NCBI GenBank assembly: GCA_029263315.1
Contig: JAJCXR010000024.1
Coordinates: forward strand, 124,526 to 188,525
Direction: 5' to 3'
Source: Acidobacteriota bacterium
GTDB lineage: Bacteria; Acidobacteriota; Thermoanaerobaculia; Multivoradales; J023
DNA: 64,000 bases
The notes below the pieces were generated by a model. It ran no database searches and was not told where the DNA came from. It saw only the letters and a list, made by a program, of their open reading frames with translations. Shown here one piece after another: positions 38,464-49,756 of the stretch. The position numbers and the translations under genes are program-made. How positions within the stretch are numbered: the first letter of the stretch is position 1; each line of letters starts with the position of its first letter.

Positions 38464-38495
38464 AACTTACAGCCTGAAGTCAACTTCAGAGTCAA
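38464..38495 (-). promoter_or_regulatory. MerR-type (ZntR/CadR-like) promoter with 20-bp spacer and dyad operator
   Basis: Minus strand TTGACT-CTGAAGTTGACTTCAGGCTG-TAAGTT; dyad CTGAAGT-N2-ACTTCAG abutting the -35. Confidence 0.85.
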
Positions 38496-38629
38496 GGGGT
38501 CCCCCAGAGAATGTTGTGTAGAGGGTCGCAAGCAGATTTGTATTGATTTGGGAGTACCAGGCTCAACCTCCCGATCAAGCCATAGCTGCGCCCGATCGAG
38601 CCTTAGTTGGCCTCCGACAGTCCTCCGAC

Positions 38630-38882
38630 TCGTATCCGCAAAACAGCGGCGCAATGCTCGGCTCACGTAGACTAGGCTGATCAACACCGGTACATCGACC
38701 AGGGGTCCGACCGCTTTCGCAAAGGCGATCGGCGAGGCGATTCCAAAGATGCCGATGGCTATAGCGATCGCCAGCTTGAAGTTATTGCCAGAAGCGGCTC
38801 AACCCGCCGCTCAGCCCAAGGCGATGCCGGTCAGACTCCAAATCAGGAGCTTGCTGCGCAGCGACCCCGCGAGATCTGACAT
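38630..38882 (-). pseudogene. acr3: Acr3 arsenite efflux pump remnant (internal deletion, in-frame stops)
   Basis: [59 protein letters not shown] resembles the Acr3 C-terminal motifs NNFELAIA and GPLVEVPV; end coordinate approximate. Confidence 0.75.
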
Positions 38883-38995
38883 GGGGTTTTCACAAGTCTT
38901 AGACCTCGATCTCATGACTCCAACAGAGAATCCTCACCGCTCCTATGGACCAGGAAGGGCCAGAATTCACGGTATTCGGAGCCTCGCACGACGAG

Positions 38996-40375
38996 TCACC
39001 GGGCTGCACGAGCTGCGCCCTTCACCATTTCGCTCAGCGTCGGATGGGCGTGAATCGACTTGCTGATTCGGTCGATTCTGCCGTTTCCGTGCATCGCAGC
39101 AACAGCCTCGTGCAGGAGATCATCACCGTGAGGTGCGAGAATGTGGAAGCCGAGGATTTGCCGGGATTCTCGATCTACAACCGCTTTGAGCAGTCCGCGT
39201 GGATCACCGATCGTTTTGGCTCGCGCGCCGTCCGCACGGACCGTGCCAACCGCCACGTCATGACCGCTCTCTCGAGCCTCGGCCTCGGTGAGACCGACTG
39301 CCGCCAGCGTCGGGTCGCTAAAGATCGCCCTCGGCACGACCCGGTAGTCGACTTCTTTCCCCAGGCCTTTGACGGCGTTCAAGGCAGCGAGGGGTCCGTC
39401 ATAGGTCGCCACGTGGGTGAACATCCAACCGCCCTTGACATCGCCGATGGCCCAGACATGCGGCTGGCTCGTCCGAAGCTGGCCGTCGACCGGAATAAAG
39501 CCCCTCGCGTCTATGTCGATACCGGCGGACCGTAGGTGGAGGCCGCCGGTGTTCCCGACCCGCCCGGCCGCAACCAGGACTTCTGCGGCACGGTACTCCT
39601 TCTCTGAGCCGTCAGTGCTACAGACGGCTATCTTCTGTCCGTTCTCGTCGCGTATCGACTGCACGGCGGCCCCGGTTCTGACGTTGATGCCCTCCTCTCG
39701 GAGGTAGTCCGCAAGGAGCTCGGAGAGCTGAGGATCCTCTCCGGGCGCCAAGCGGTCATTGCGGCCGAGGAGAGTGACCCTCGAGCCGAAGCGGGAATAC
39801 ATCTGAGCAAACTCGATTCCAACGTAGCCGCCTCCGATCACCAGGAGGCTCGACGGCACACGCCCTAAATGCAGAGCTGTATCGTTGTTCAAAGAGTCAA
39901 TAGCTTCCAGGCCCGAGATCGGAGGCACGACCCGGCGTGCCCCTGTGGCGATGATCGCCTTGGTGAAGCTGATTCGGCGATCGCCAGTGTCGATTTCGTG
40001 GGGACTGACGAATCTGGCCTCTCCTCGGACGAAATCGATCGCATCCCGTCGTTTGCTCAACGCGCCATGGATCGTCTTATGAATGCCGCTAACAATGGCG
40101 TCCTTGCGCGCCACGGCCTGATCCAGCCGAAAGCGCACGGCGCCATCGATCTCAACTCCGAGGTCGGTCGCCCGCCGGGCAACCAGGTGCATCACTTCGG
40201 CCGAGCGCAGCAAGGCCTTGGTAGGGACGCACCCCTCGTTGACTCAGGTGCCGCCGACCTCCGCGCGCTCGACGAGCGCAACCCGGGCTCCGAGGTTGGC
40301 CGCCATATGGGCGGCCGGCAGACCTCCCTGTCCAGCTCCGATCACCGCCAAGTCATAGTCATGTGATGGCATCAT
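38996..40375 (-). CDS. Pyridine nucleotide-disulfide oxidoreductase (MerA/LpdA-like) with in-frame TGA at the catalytic Cys; candidate selenoprotein
   Basis: From ATG at 40375 (GAGGGAG RBS): YDLAVIGAGQGG..VERAEVGGT*VNEGCVPTK, continuing in frame into ORF 38996-40213; C-terminal HAHPTLSE; no MerA CC tail. Confidence 0.8.
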
Positions 40376-40395
40376 GGTTCTCCCTCTACTTTGGT

Positions 40396-40425
40396 TTGTG
40401 TCAAGTTGTGTCAAGTTGTGTCAAG
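40396..40425. repeat. Three exact 10-bp tandem repeats
   Basis: TTGTGTCAAG x3 (CTTGACACAA on the coding strand) just upstream of the reductase RBS. Confidence 0.9.
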
Positions 40426-40617
40426 TCTCGCTCGAGAGCCGAGGTCCTGGGTGACGCCCGGCTATTCTTTCGAATCGCCGTGACGGTCACCTTCCAGCAC
40501 AGTGCCGGCCGAAAGGGCAGCAACAACCAGCAGGATCGAAGCATGAGTGAGCTTGGGATTCATGGACCCTTCTCCTTCGGAGTGATGAGCGTGCCGACGA
40601 CGCTTCGTCGGCTAGGG

Positions 40618-42383
<1,766 letters not shown>

Positions 42384-42409
42384 CTCGTGTTCTCCTTGTC
42401 TCAGGTGGC

Positions 42410-42751
42410 CTACAACAGCCACGATGCGTAGTACGGAAACGCCATCAAGGCGACCGCGACGGTCGCTACGATCCACAGCACAATGCGGTGCCGCCGCCGG
42501 CTCTTGGGGACCGCGCAGGCTTCCCCCGGCTCGCACTCCACCGGCCTGTAGGCCTGATAGAAGGCGAAGCCTAGGAAGATGAGGGTCAGCCCTGCGAACC
42601 AGGGGCGAAGGGGCTCGAGCTTCGCTCCCAGGGCCGCCGACCCGACCCCGAGGACCGCCACAGCGACTGGCAGGATGCAGCACAGCGAAGCACCAAAAGC
42701 AGCGATCACGGCTCCGGCGTTGACAAACACGTTCTTCTTGGTTTCTTCCAT
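42410..42751 (-). CDS. merT: Mercuric transport protein MerT
   Basis: ASLCCILP in TM1, LEPLRPWF, CEPGEAC loop, FPY; three TM segments. Confidence 0.92.
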   Translation of the reverse strand: MEETKKNVFVNAGAVIAAFGASLCCILPVAVAVLGVGSAALGAKLEPLRPWFAGLTLIFLGFAFYQAYRPVECEPGEACAVPKSRRRHRIVLWIVATVAVALMAFPYYASWLL

Positions 42752-42769
42752 CGGGTGCTCCCGTTCAAT

Positions 42770-43090
42770 TCAGCTCTGCTTGAGCAAGGTAGCGAGGACT
42801 TTGGTGACCTTCTTGAGCCGCTCGTCCGGGTCGCCTTCCATGCAGGTATTCATGCAGGAGTGCAGCTCGTGCTCCAGCAGCACAGCGGAGAAGCGATTGA
42901 GTGCCGCCTTGACCGCGGATACCTGCAGCAGGATTTCGTCGGCGCACCGCTCCTCCTCGAGCATCTGGCCGACGCTCCGAAGGTGCCCTTCGAGCCGTGC
43001 AAGCCTGTTGCGCAAAGCGCGTTTCGCAGCCTCGTCTAGGTATCCGAGACCGGCTGGATGGGAGGTCGAAAGATCGTTCTTCGAAATCAT
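42770..43090 (-). CDS. CsoR/RcnR family metal-sensing repressor
   Basis: NRLARLEGHLRSV..M, RCADEILLQVSAVKAAL, HELHSC (Cys-His-Cys ligand set). Confidence 0.92.
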   Translation of the reverse strand: MISKNDLSTSHPAGLGYLDEAAKRALRNRLARLEGHLRSVGQMLEEERCADEILLQVSAVKAALNRFSAVLLEHELHSCMNTCMEGDPDERLKKVTKVLATLLKQS

Positions 43091-43118
43091 GAAAAGGTTC
43101 TCCTTCTTTGGACTGGTT

Positions 43119-43137
43119 TATCCCCCCCGGGGGGATA
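43119..43137. promoter_or_regulatory. CsoR/RcnR-type operator
   Basis: TAT-CCCCCCC-GGGGGG-ATA pseudo-palindrome (C/G tracts with AT flanks) 28 bp upstream of the repressor ATG. Confidence 0.8.
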
Positions 43138-43379
43138 CCTCAATCTAACACTACGCAGCAGCCTCGAGCTCGGTTCATTCCTACTTGCCGAGTGGGGAAA
43201 ACTGCGTCTTGGTGCTGATCGATCGATCGAGCTTGGAGGGAACCGACTGAGGGGGGGCCAGGGCAACCGGTGTCACCTCGTCTACCTGAGTCAGGGATCT
43301 TGACGAGACCGGAGTTTCCGGGTTGCTGTTCTTCTCAATCTCGAGACGGGGAATCGCCCACGAGCCGTCCGGGCGCCGA

Positions 43380-44774
43380 CTAGCGCTCCGCCGTCAACAG
43401 CAACGGCGCCAGCTCCGCCAAGTCCTCAACGACGACGGTGGCCAACCCCTCGGGAACGACCCGCAGGTCCCCGGGTGGTAGGAAGACCTGGCGGAACCCC
43501 AAGGCGGCGATTTCCCGCAGCCGGGCCTCGGTCTGCGACACCGGTCGGACCTCCCCCAGCAGGCCGACTTCGCCGAAGAAGACGGCCTCGTGGGGCAGGG
43601 GTCGCTCCCGCTCGGCGCTGAGCATGGCGGCGGCGATGGCCAGATCGGCGGCGGGTTCTTTGAGCTGGAGGCCACCGACCACGTTGAGGAAAAGGTCCCG
43701 GTCGCCGAGTCCCAGACCGCCGAAACGCTCGAGCACGGCGGCCAGCAGGATGCTGCGATGGCGGTCGACGCCGACGCTCATGCGGCGGGGGGATGGGAAG
43801 CTGGTGGGATGAATGAGCGCTTGCACTTCCACCAGCAGGGGGCGGGTGCCGTGCAGGCTGGCACACACCGCCGAGCCGGGACGATGTCCGCGGCGCCGGG
43901 CCAGCAGCACCCGGGACGGATCTTTGACCGCCACCAGGCCGTTGTCATGCATCTCGAACATGGCCACCTCGCCGGTGGGCCCGAAGCGGTTCTTCTGGGC
44001 CCGCAGAACCCGGTACTCGGAATGGCTCTCACCCTCGAAGGTGAGGACCGTATCGACCAGATGCTCCAAAGATTTTGGCCCGGCGATGGCGCCGTCTTTG
44101 GTCACGTGGCCGACCAGGAAGAGAGCCATGTCATAGCCCTTGGCCAGCTCGACCAGGCGATCGGCACAGGCCCGCACTTGACCGATCGAACCAGGCGGGC
44201 CACTGAGCTCTTGGCTGCGCAGGGCTTGCACCGAGTCGACCAGCACCATGTGGGGACGACGTTCGCTGATCACCTGTAGCAGCGGTTCGAGTCGGGTTTC
44301 TCCAGCAACGTGCAGCGTCTCGGCTTCACACCCCAGGCGGCTGGCCCGCAGGTGCAGCTGCCTGGGGCTCTCCTCGGCGCTGAGATAGAGCACTGAGGCG
44401 CCGCTGCTGGCCAGGTCGTTGCCCATTTGCAGCAGTAGGGTGGACTTGCCGATGCCCGGCTCGCCGGACAGCAAGACGGCACCGCCGGGCACGATGCCGC
44501 CACCCAGAACGCGGTCGATCCATGGTGAGCCGGTCGACAGTCGGCTCCCTTCGTCGGCCACGATGTCCCGTAAGGGCTGGACGATGGTGGCCGGGCCTTG
44601 GCCCTTGAGGCGGGAGGAGGAGGCCGTAGGCGCCAAACCGCCGCCGCGGCTACCCCGCTCCTCCACTTCCTCGCTGAACGAGTCCCAGGCGCCGCAGTCC
44701 GGGCAGCGACCCAGCCACTTTGGGCTGCGGTAGCTACAGCTCTGGCAGATGTGGATCGATCGCGGTGCGGCCAT
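43380..44774 (-). CDS. radA: DNA repair protein RadA/Sms
   Basis: CQSC..KWLGRCPDC Zn finger, GEPGIGKST, KNRFG, GEVGLLGEVR. Confidence 0.96.
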   Translation of the reverse strand: MAAPRSIHICQSCSYRSPKWLGRCPDCGAWDSFSEEVEERGSRGGGLAPTASSSRLKGQGPATIVQPLRDIVADEGSRLSTGSPWIDRVLGGGIVPGGAVLLSGEPGIGKSTLLLQMGNDLASSGASVLYLSAEESPRQLHLRASRLGCEAETLHVAGETRLEPLLQVISERRPHMVLVDSVQALRSQELSGPPGSIGQVRACADRLVELAKGYDMALFLVGHVTKDGAIAGPKSLEHLVDTVLTFEGESHSEYRVLRAQKNRFGPTGEVAMFEMHDNGLVAVKDPSRVLLARRRGHRPGSAVCASLHGTRPLLVEVQALIHPTSFPSPRRMSVGVDRHRSILLAAVLERFGGLGLGDRDLFLNVVGGLQLKEPAADLAIAAAMLSAERERPLPHEAVFFGEVGLLGEVRPVSQTEARLREIAALGFRQVFLPPGDLRVVPEGLATVVVEDLAELAPLLLTAER

Positions 44775-44798
44775 GGACGGGTTCTCAGGTCTCGAAGG

Positions 44799-46205
44799 TT
44801 AGAAGCCGGCTTGCTCGGTGTGCACTTTTTCCATATTGCGGAAGGTCGTATTCTCGCCCATGAAGACCAGATCGACGGTGCCGGTTTCGCCGTTACGATG
44901 CTTGGAAATGATGAGCTCCGCCAATCCTTTGTTGTCGGGGTCATCCTTGTTGTAGAGCTCGTCGCGGTAGATGAAGCACACCATATCGGCGTCCTGCTCG
45001 ATGGAGCCACTCTCACGCAGATCCGCCAGTTGGGGACGATGGTCGTTGGCCCGACGCTCGGTTTGGCGCGACAGCTGCGACAGGGCGACCACCGGAATCA
45101 TCAGCTCCTTGGCCAGCTGTTTGAGACCACGGCTGATGGCGGCGATTTCCAGTTGCCGGTTTTCGTAGCGCCCCCCCGCCTGCATGAGCTGGAGGTAATC
45201 CACCAACAAGAGGTCGAGACCCTTTTCGGCCTTCAGACGCCGCGACTTGGAGGCGATCTCCAAAAGCGACGGATTGGGTGAGTCATCGATGAAGATCTGC
45301 GCCTCGTTGGTGCGCCGGGTGGTTTCGTAGATGCGCCCCCACTGCCCTTCGGACATCTTGCCGGAGCGCAGGTTGCCGAAGGGAATGTCGGCCTCCGAGG
45401 CGAGAATACGTTGCACCAGCTCCTGCTCGCCCATTTCGAGGGAGAACAGGGCCACCGACTTCTCTTCCCGGATGGCGACGTTCTGGGCGACATTGAGGGC
45501 AAAACTGGTTTTACCCATGCCCGGACGACCGGCGATGATGATCAAGGCCCCGGCGCCCAGGCCTTGGGTCATGCGGTCCCAATCATAGAAACCGGTGGGG
45601 ATGCCCACCAAGCCGCCGCCGGCCCGTTGCTCGAGGCTGGCGATGGTGGCTTCGTAGACCTCCGCCAGGGCAGAAAATCCCTTCTGCACCGCCTCTTCCG
45701 ACAGGCCGAAGATGCTCTTCTCCGCTTCCGCCAGGGCCTCCGTGGCATCGAGGCCCCCCTCGAGGCAGCCGAAGACCAGCTCTTGGCATTTCTGCACCAG
45801 ACGGCGACGGACGGAACGTTCCTTGACGATCTCGACATAGGTATCGACCCGCCCGATGTCCGGCAAGTCGAGATCCAGGCCGGCCAGGAAAGCCATGCCA
45901 CCGATGAGCTCGAAGGAACCCTTGAGCTGCATGTGCGCCTGCAGGGTCCGCAGGTCGATCTCCGATTCCCGTTCCTGAAGCTCGAGCATCGCCCGGAAGA
46001 TCAGCTGATGCTTTTCGAGAAAGAAGTCCTCGTCCGTCATCCGCCCGGTGATGGTTGGCAGAATCCGTGGCGACAAGAGAATCGACGCCAAGACGGCGCG
46101 CTCCGCCTCCTCGCTATTGGGCAAGGTCTTGCCGGCGGCCGACTCGAAAGTGGGTGTCGGCGCCTTGCGGCGGGAGCGTTCGAAATTCATCGTCTTAGGA
46201 GGCAT
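44799..46205 (-). CDS. dnaB: Replicative DNA helicase
   Basis: EAERAVL, GRPGMGKT, VDYLQLM, LSQLSR, DLRESGSIEQDAD, KHRNGETG; start could be 46190. Confidence 0.97.
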   Translation of the reverse strand: MPPKTMNFERSRRKAPTPTFESAAGKTLPNSEEAERAVLASILLSPRILPTITGRMTDEDFFLEKHQLIFRAMLELQERESEIDLRTLQAHMQLKGSFELIGGMAFLAGLDLDLPDIGRVDTYVEIVKERSVRRRLVQKCQELVFGCLEGGLDATEALAEAEKSIFGLSEEAVQKGFSALAEVYEATIASLEQRAGGGLVGIPTGFYDWDRMTQGLGAGALIIIAGRPGMGKTSFALNVAQNVAIREEKSVALFSLEMGEQELVQRILASEADIPFGNLRSGKMSEGQWGRIYETTRRTNEAQIFIDDSPNPSLLEIASKSRRLKAEKGLDLLLVDYLQLMQAGGRYENRQLEIAAISRGLKQLAKELMIPVVALSQLSRQTERRANDHRPQLADLRESGSIEQDADMVCFIYRDELYNKDDPDNKGLAELIISKHRNGETGTVDLVFMGENTTFRNMEKVHTEQAGF

Positions 46206-46248
46206 TCATCCGTCTTGGGAGGCATTCATCCGTCTTGGGAGGCATTCA
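46185..46248. repeat. About three 20-bp tandem repeats covering the dnaB start region
   Basis: GGCATTCATCCGTCTTGGGA exact at 46201-46220 and 46221-46240, plus degenerate or partial flanking copies. Confidence 0.85.
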
Positions 46249-47007
46249 GACATCATCGGCGGTACAGAAACTCTCGCTGAAACGGCGTGGGATTTCCAGG
46301 GGCTCCAAAGGCGCCGTCAGGGTTTCGCGAACCACTTCCTTCCACCGCAGTTGTTGCTGCGAGCTGCGGTGGGCGTAGGTGCCGCCTTGGTCGTCCTCAC
46401 GGCGCCACCAGGCAATGGATTCGTCCCCTTCCAATTGGCTCCACCACTGTAGCTCGTCGGACCGAAAACTGCCATTCCAACGTTGGCCCTCGGCGTCGAG
46501 GAACGTCAGATGCGTGTCGAATATTTCTAGATTCGCCTTCGGCTCGGTGGGCATACGACCCAATAACAATCGCGGCAAGGCCACCAAGGGGAGCCGGGCG
46601 ATGGGCAGAAATCCCAGCCGGTCGGCGGGCCCGAGATGGCAGAACTCCCGGTTGCGGTGATCGAGCCAGGTGGCGTTGCCGGTGGCGTCGAGGTCGAGGG
46701 ACCACAGCTTGCGGCCGAGGCCGTCGGCGGCGAGCATGCGGTATTGGCGCTCCCCCACCAAGTACAGGGTGAGCTTGAAGCCGGCCCGTTCGTCGTCGGG
46801 ACCTTGGTAGCGAATTCGATAGAGGCGCTGGGTGGGATACGCCTCGGGGGGAATTTGCCACATCTCCGCCGACCCTGGGCTGCTCGGCGGGTTGCCGAGA
46901 AGCTCGCCCAGGGAGCCTGAGGCACAACCGAGACTGAGGGTGCACAGGATCACCAGACCGAGCAACTCGCAAGCGCAACGCCCCTTGGGTCTGACGCCTG
47001 GCGTCAC
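46246..47007 (-). CDS. Hypothetical lipoprotein (possibly LolB-like fold)
   Basis: Lipobox LSLGC; beta-rich; follows the large TPR gene; the fold is a guess. Confidence 0.55.
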   Translation of the reverse strand: MTPGVRPKGRCACELLGLVILCTLSLGCASGSLGELLGNPPSSPGSAEMWQIPPEAYPTQRLYRIRYQGPDDERAGFKLTLYLVGERQYRMLAADGLGRKLWSLDLDATGNATWLDHRNREFCHLGPADRLGFLPIARLPLVALPRLLLGRMPTEPKANLEIFDTHLTFLDAEGQRWNGSFRSDELQWWSQLEGDESIAWWRREDDQGGTYAHRSSQQQLRWKEVVRETLTAPLEPLEIPRRFSESFCTADDV

Positions 47008-49418
47008 GAATTTTCCTCCGTCAAGGCGTTGAGCTTCGAGCGTACGGTCTCGACATCGTCCCCTTCCAGGGAGAGGGCCCGGCGATAGGCGTTCTTGGCG
47101 AGCTCGAGGGCATTCAAGGCCACGTAAACATCTCCTAGATGCTCATGGATGGTCGGATCTCGAGGCACCAAACGGGCCGCCCACTCCAAGTGAATCCGAG
47201 CATCCTCATAGCGCCCCATCTTGTAGAAGGCCCACCCCAGGGAATCGACGTAGGCACCGTTGTCGGGGGTCAAGGCGACGGCCCGCTGAATGAGCCGGAG
47301 GGCCTGTTCCAGCAGTCGGCCTTCTTCGACCCACATATAGCCCAGGTAGTTGAGAGTGGGTGCGTGGTCTGGATCCAAGGCCAGCAACCGCTCGAAGGTT
47401 TCGGCGGCCTTCTCGCGCTGCTCCAGACGTTCTTGGGCGGCTCCCAATAGAAAAAGGGCCTGGATCGAATCGGAGCGCTGCGCCAAGACTCTTTCCAACA
47501 GGGGCAGAGCTTCGCTGTAACGCCCTTGCCCTTGCCACACCTGAGCGGCGAAATACAGGTTCTCCAGAGAGTCATCCGCCGTCAGAGTCTGGAGCACGGC
47601 GGCGGCGTCGACCTCGTCACCATGCTCGAACATCAGATCGAGGCGATCGGCCAAAAGGCGGCGCTGGACGGCGGCGTCATCCTCCGCCTTGGGCTGCAAT
47701 AGCTCGAGCGCTTCCGGCAAGCGATCGAGGTTGGCCAGGGCCTGGGCCCGCAGGATCCGGGCAGCGAAGCGGATGTCATCGTCGGCACTGCCCATGAGCC
47801 GGCCGGCCGCAGCTTCGGCTTGTTGCCATTGCTCCGCCGCCAGGAGGGCTGGCAAAGCGTGCAAGGCGAGGGTTTCTCGGGCCGACTGTTGCTCGTCCCC
47901 AAAACCCTCGGCGGCTTGCGCCAGGACTTCTTGGGCCGCCACCGGATCCTCCATGCTGCGATAGAGATCGCTCAGCAGCCGGGCGAAGATGACTTTCTCG
48001 TCGGCATCCGTGGCCTGCTGCATGCGACGTTGCAGGAGATCGATGGATTTGTCCGCCATGTCGTGGCGTTCCCACAGGGCGACCAGAGCCATCTCATTGC
48101 GCAGTTCTTCCCGTTGATCCAGGGAGCCGTCGGCCAACAGCTCTTGCAATGCATCGGCGGCTTCCAGGGGCCGCCCAACGCGCTCCAGGAGGCGAGATAG
48201 TAAACGAAGATCCTGCACCCGTCGCGCTCCGTCGCCGCCGACGGGCTCGATCAGAGGTCGCAGGGTATCGACGGCATCGTTGTAACGACCGAGGGAAGAC
48301 AAGATGGCTACCCGTAAGCGATGCAGGCCGGACTCCCCCGGCATCTCGGTGAGCAGGGAATCCGCCAGGGCCAGGGCGCGGTCGTTGTCGCCGCTCAAGT
48401 GCAGCTCGCGGGCCAAGACCTGGCGTAGCCGCGGATTGTCCTCGAGGTCGACGTCCGGTTGCAGCAGGGCCTCGGCAGCGGCCCGGTGATCGCCCCGCTC
48501 GCTGCGCAACTCGGCCAGACGCAAGCGATGCTCGGCTGCTTGGGGTGTTAAAACCAGGAGGCGCTCGAGCACCTTTTCGGCTTCCAGCTTCTGCTCACTA
48601 CCCAACAGGGCCTCCACCAACATGAGCTGTACCGTCGGCACGCTAGGGCGCAAGTCGGCGGCTAGGCGCAGCACATCCGCCGCCTCGACTCCCCGTCGCT
48701 GCCACAGGTAGAGTTGGCCGAGGGAGGTGAGGACTTGCATGTCCTCCTCCTCCGCTACCAGTCGATAGGCCTCCAGGGCCTCGGTGGCCAAAGGCACCGA
48801 GTCGAGGCGGTTCTGCTCCACCAGACGCAAATGCAGTTGCCCGTATTGCAAGAGGACGTCGGGGTTCTCCGGCGCCAGCTCACGGGCCCTCAAACCATGC
48901 TCGGTAGCCAGCAAGACGAGCTCGCCCCGTCTTCGCTCGGCCCGCGACATCTGCGCCATGCCGACCAGGAACTGGGCCATTTCGAGATGGGCATAGGGGT
49001 CACGGCCGTCCAGTGCCAGGGCCTTTTCGTAGGCGGTGAGGGCTTTGGAGAAAAGACCTTCTTCGGACAAAATCTTGGCTTGGGCAAAGGAGCGGGCAGC
49101 GGCCAGGGCCTGCTGGGGGGTGACCTCGGGCGGTGGAGGGATCTCTGGCTGTGGAGAAATTTCGGGGGCCGGGACGACGGATAACGTTTCGCCGAGGTCG
49201 GATGCCGTGGGCTCCGGGGCCGGCGTCGCCCCGTTCTCGGGAATGGCCTGGTCCTCGGATTGCGGCTCGACGGTAGCACCGGTGGGGGACGGTTCCGAGC
49301 TCTGTGGGCTAGGGTCTTGGGCCGCCAGGGGCGGAGCGACGACAAGCACTAGGAGCAGAGCCATGCCGATTTGGCGCCCCCTCCGATCGTCGCGGCAGGT
49401 GTGTTCAGCAGATTTCAT
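47004..49418 (-). CDS. Large exported tetratricopeptide-repeat protein
   Basis: Signal-like segment, Pro-rich linker, many TPRs, LNYLGYMW..YVDSLGW..HLGDVY; start uncertain. Confidence 0.88.
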   Translation of the reverse strand: MKSAEHTCRDDRRGRQIGMALLLVLVVAPPLAAQDPSPQSSEPSPTGATVEPQSEDQAIPENGATPAPEPTASDLGETLSVVPAPEISPQPEIPPPPEVTPQQALAAARSFAQAKILSEEGLFSKALTAYEKALALDGRDPYAHLEMAQFLVGMAQMSRAERRRGELVLLATEHGLRARELAPENPDVLLQYGQLHLRLVEQNRLDSVPLATEALEAYRLVAEEEDMQVLTSLGQLYLWQRRGVEAADVLRLAADLRPSVPTVQLMLVEALLGSEQKLEAEKVLERLLVLTPQAAEHRLRLAELRSERGDHRAAAEALLQPDVDLEDNPRLRQVLARELHLSGDNDRALALADSLLTEMPGESGLHRLRVAILSSLGRYNDAVDTLRPLIEPVGGDGARRVQDLRLLSRLLERVGRPLEAADALQELLADGSLDQREELRNEMALVALWERHDMADKSIDLLQRRMQQATDADEKVIFARLLSDLYRSMEDPVAAQEVLAQAAEGFGDEQQSARETLALHALPALLAAEQWQQAEAAAGRLMGSADDDIRFAARILRAQALANLDRLPEALELLQPKAEDDAAVQRRLLADRLDLMFEHGDEVDAAAVLQTLTADDSLENLYFAAQVWQGQGRYSEALPLLERVLAQRSDSIQALFLLGAAQERLEQREKAAETFERLLALDPDHAPTLNYLGYMWVEEGRLLEQALRLIQRAVALTPDNGAYVDSLGWAFYKMGRYEDARIHLEWAARLVPRDPTIHEHLGDVYVALNALELAKNAYRRALSLEGDDVETVRSKLNALTEENS

Positions 49419-49756
49419 CGCGGGTTGCAACCTTCCATGTCTTACGGTCCGCACAATAACAGTCTCCACAAGCTTCTTACAACTCGTTCATTCCAGTACC
49501 TTTACACCATTCCCACTGAACGCTAAGATGGGTCCAGAATCGACGGCTGGGGATGCAGGGTCGAAGCGGAAGTCGACGGATTCAATAGTCTCCGTCGGCC
49601 CTCTGGCCTGCACATCTCTTGCCAGTGAGCTTGCGGATTTCGGGAGCCTGTGACGGTCTCCGCAAGATCACACCGTCGGCACGACCCGATCAGCATCTCA
49701 CAGCTGACGATGTTCGACGGATAACTAACGAAGCCCTGAGACGGTTGAAATCTTCG

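Noticed and set aside
38800-38815. Two in-frame TGAs in the acr3 remnant as selenocysteine
   Set aside because: They do not align to Cys motifs and the gene is internally deleted and degenerate.
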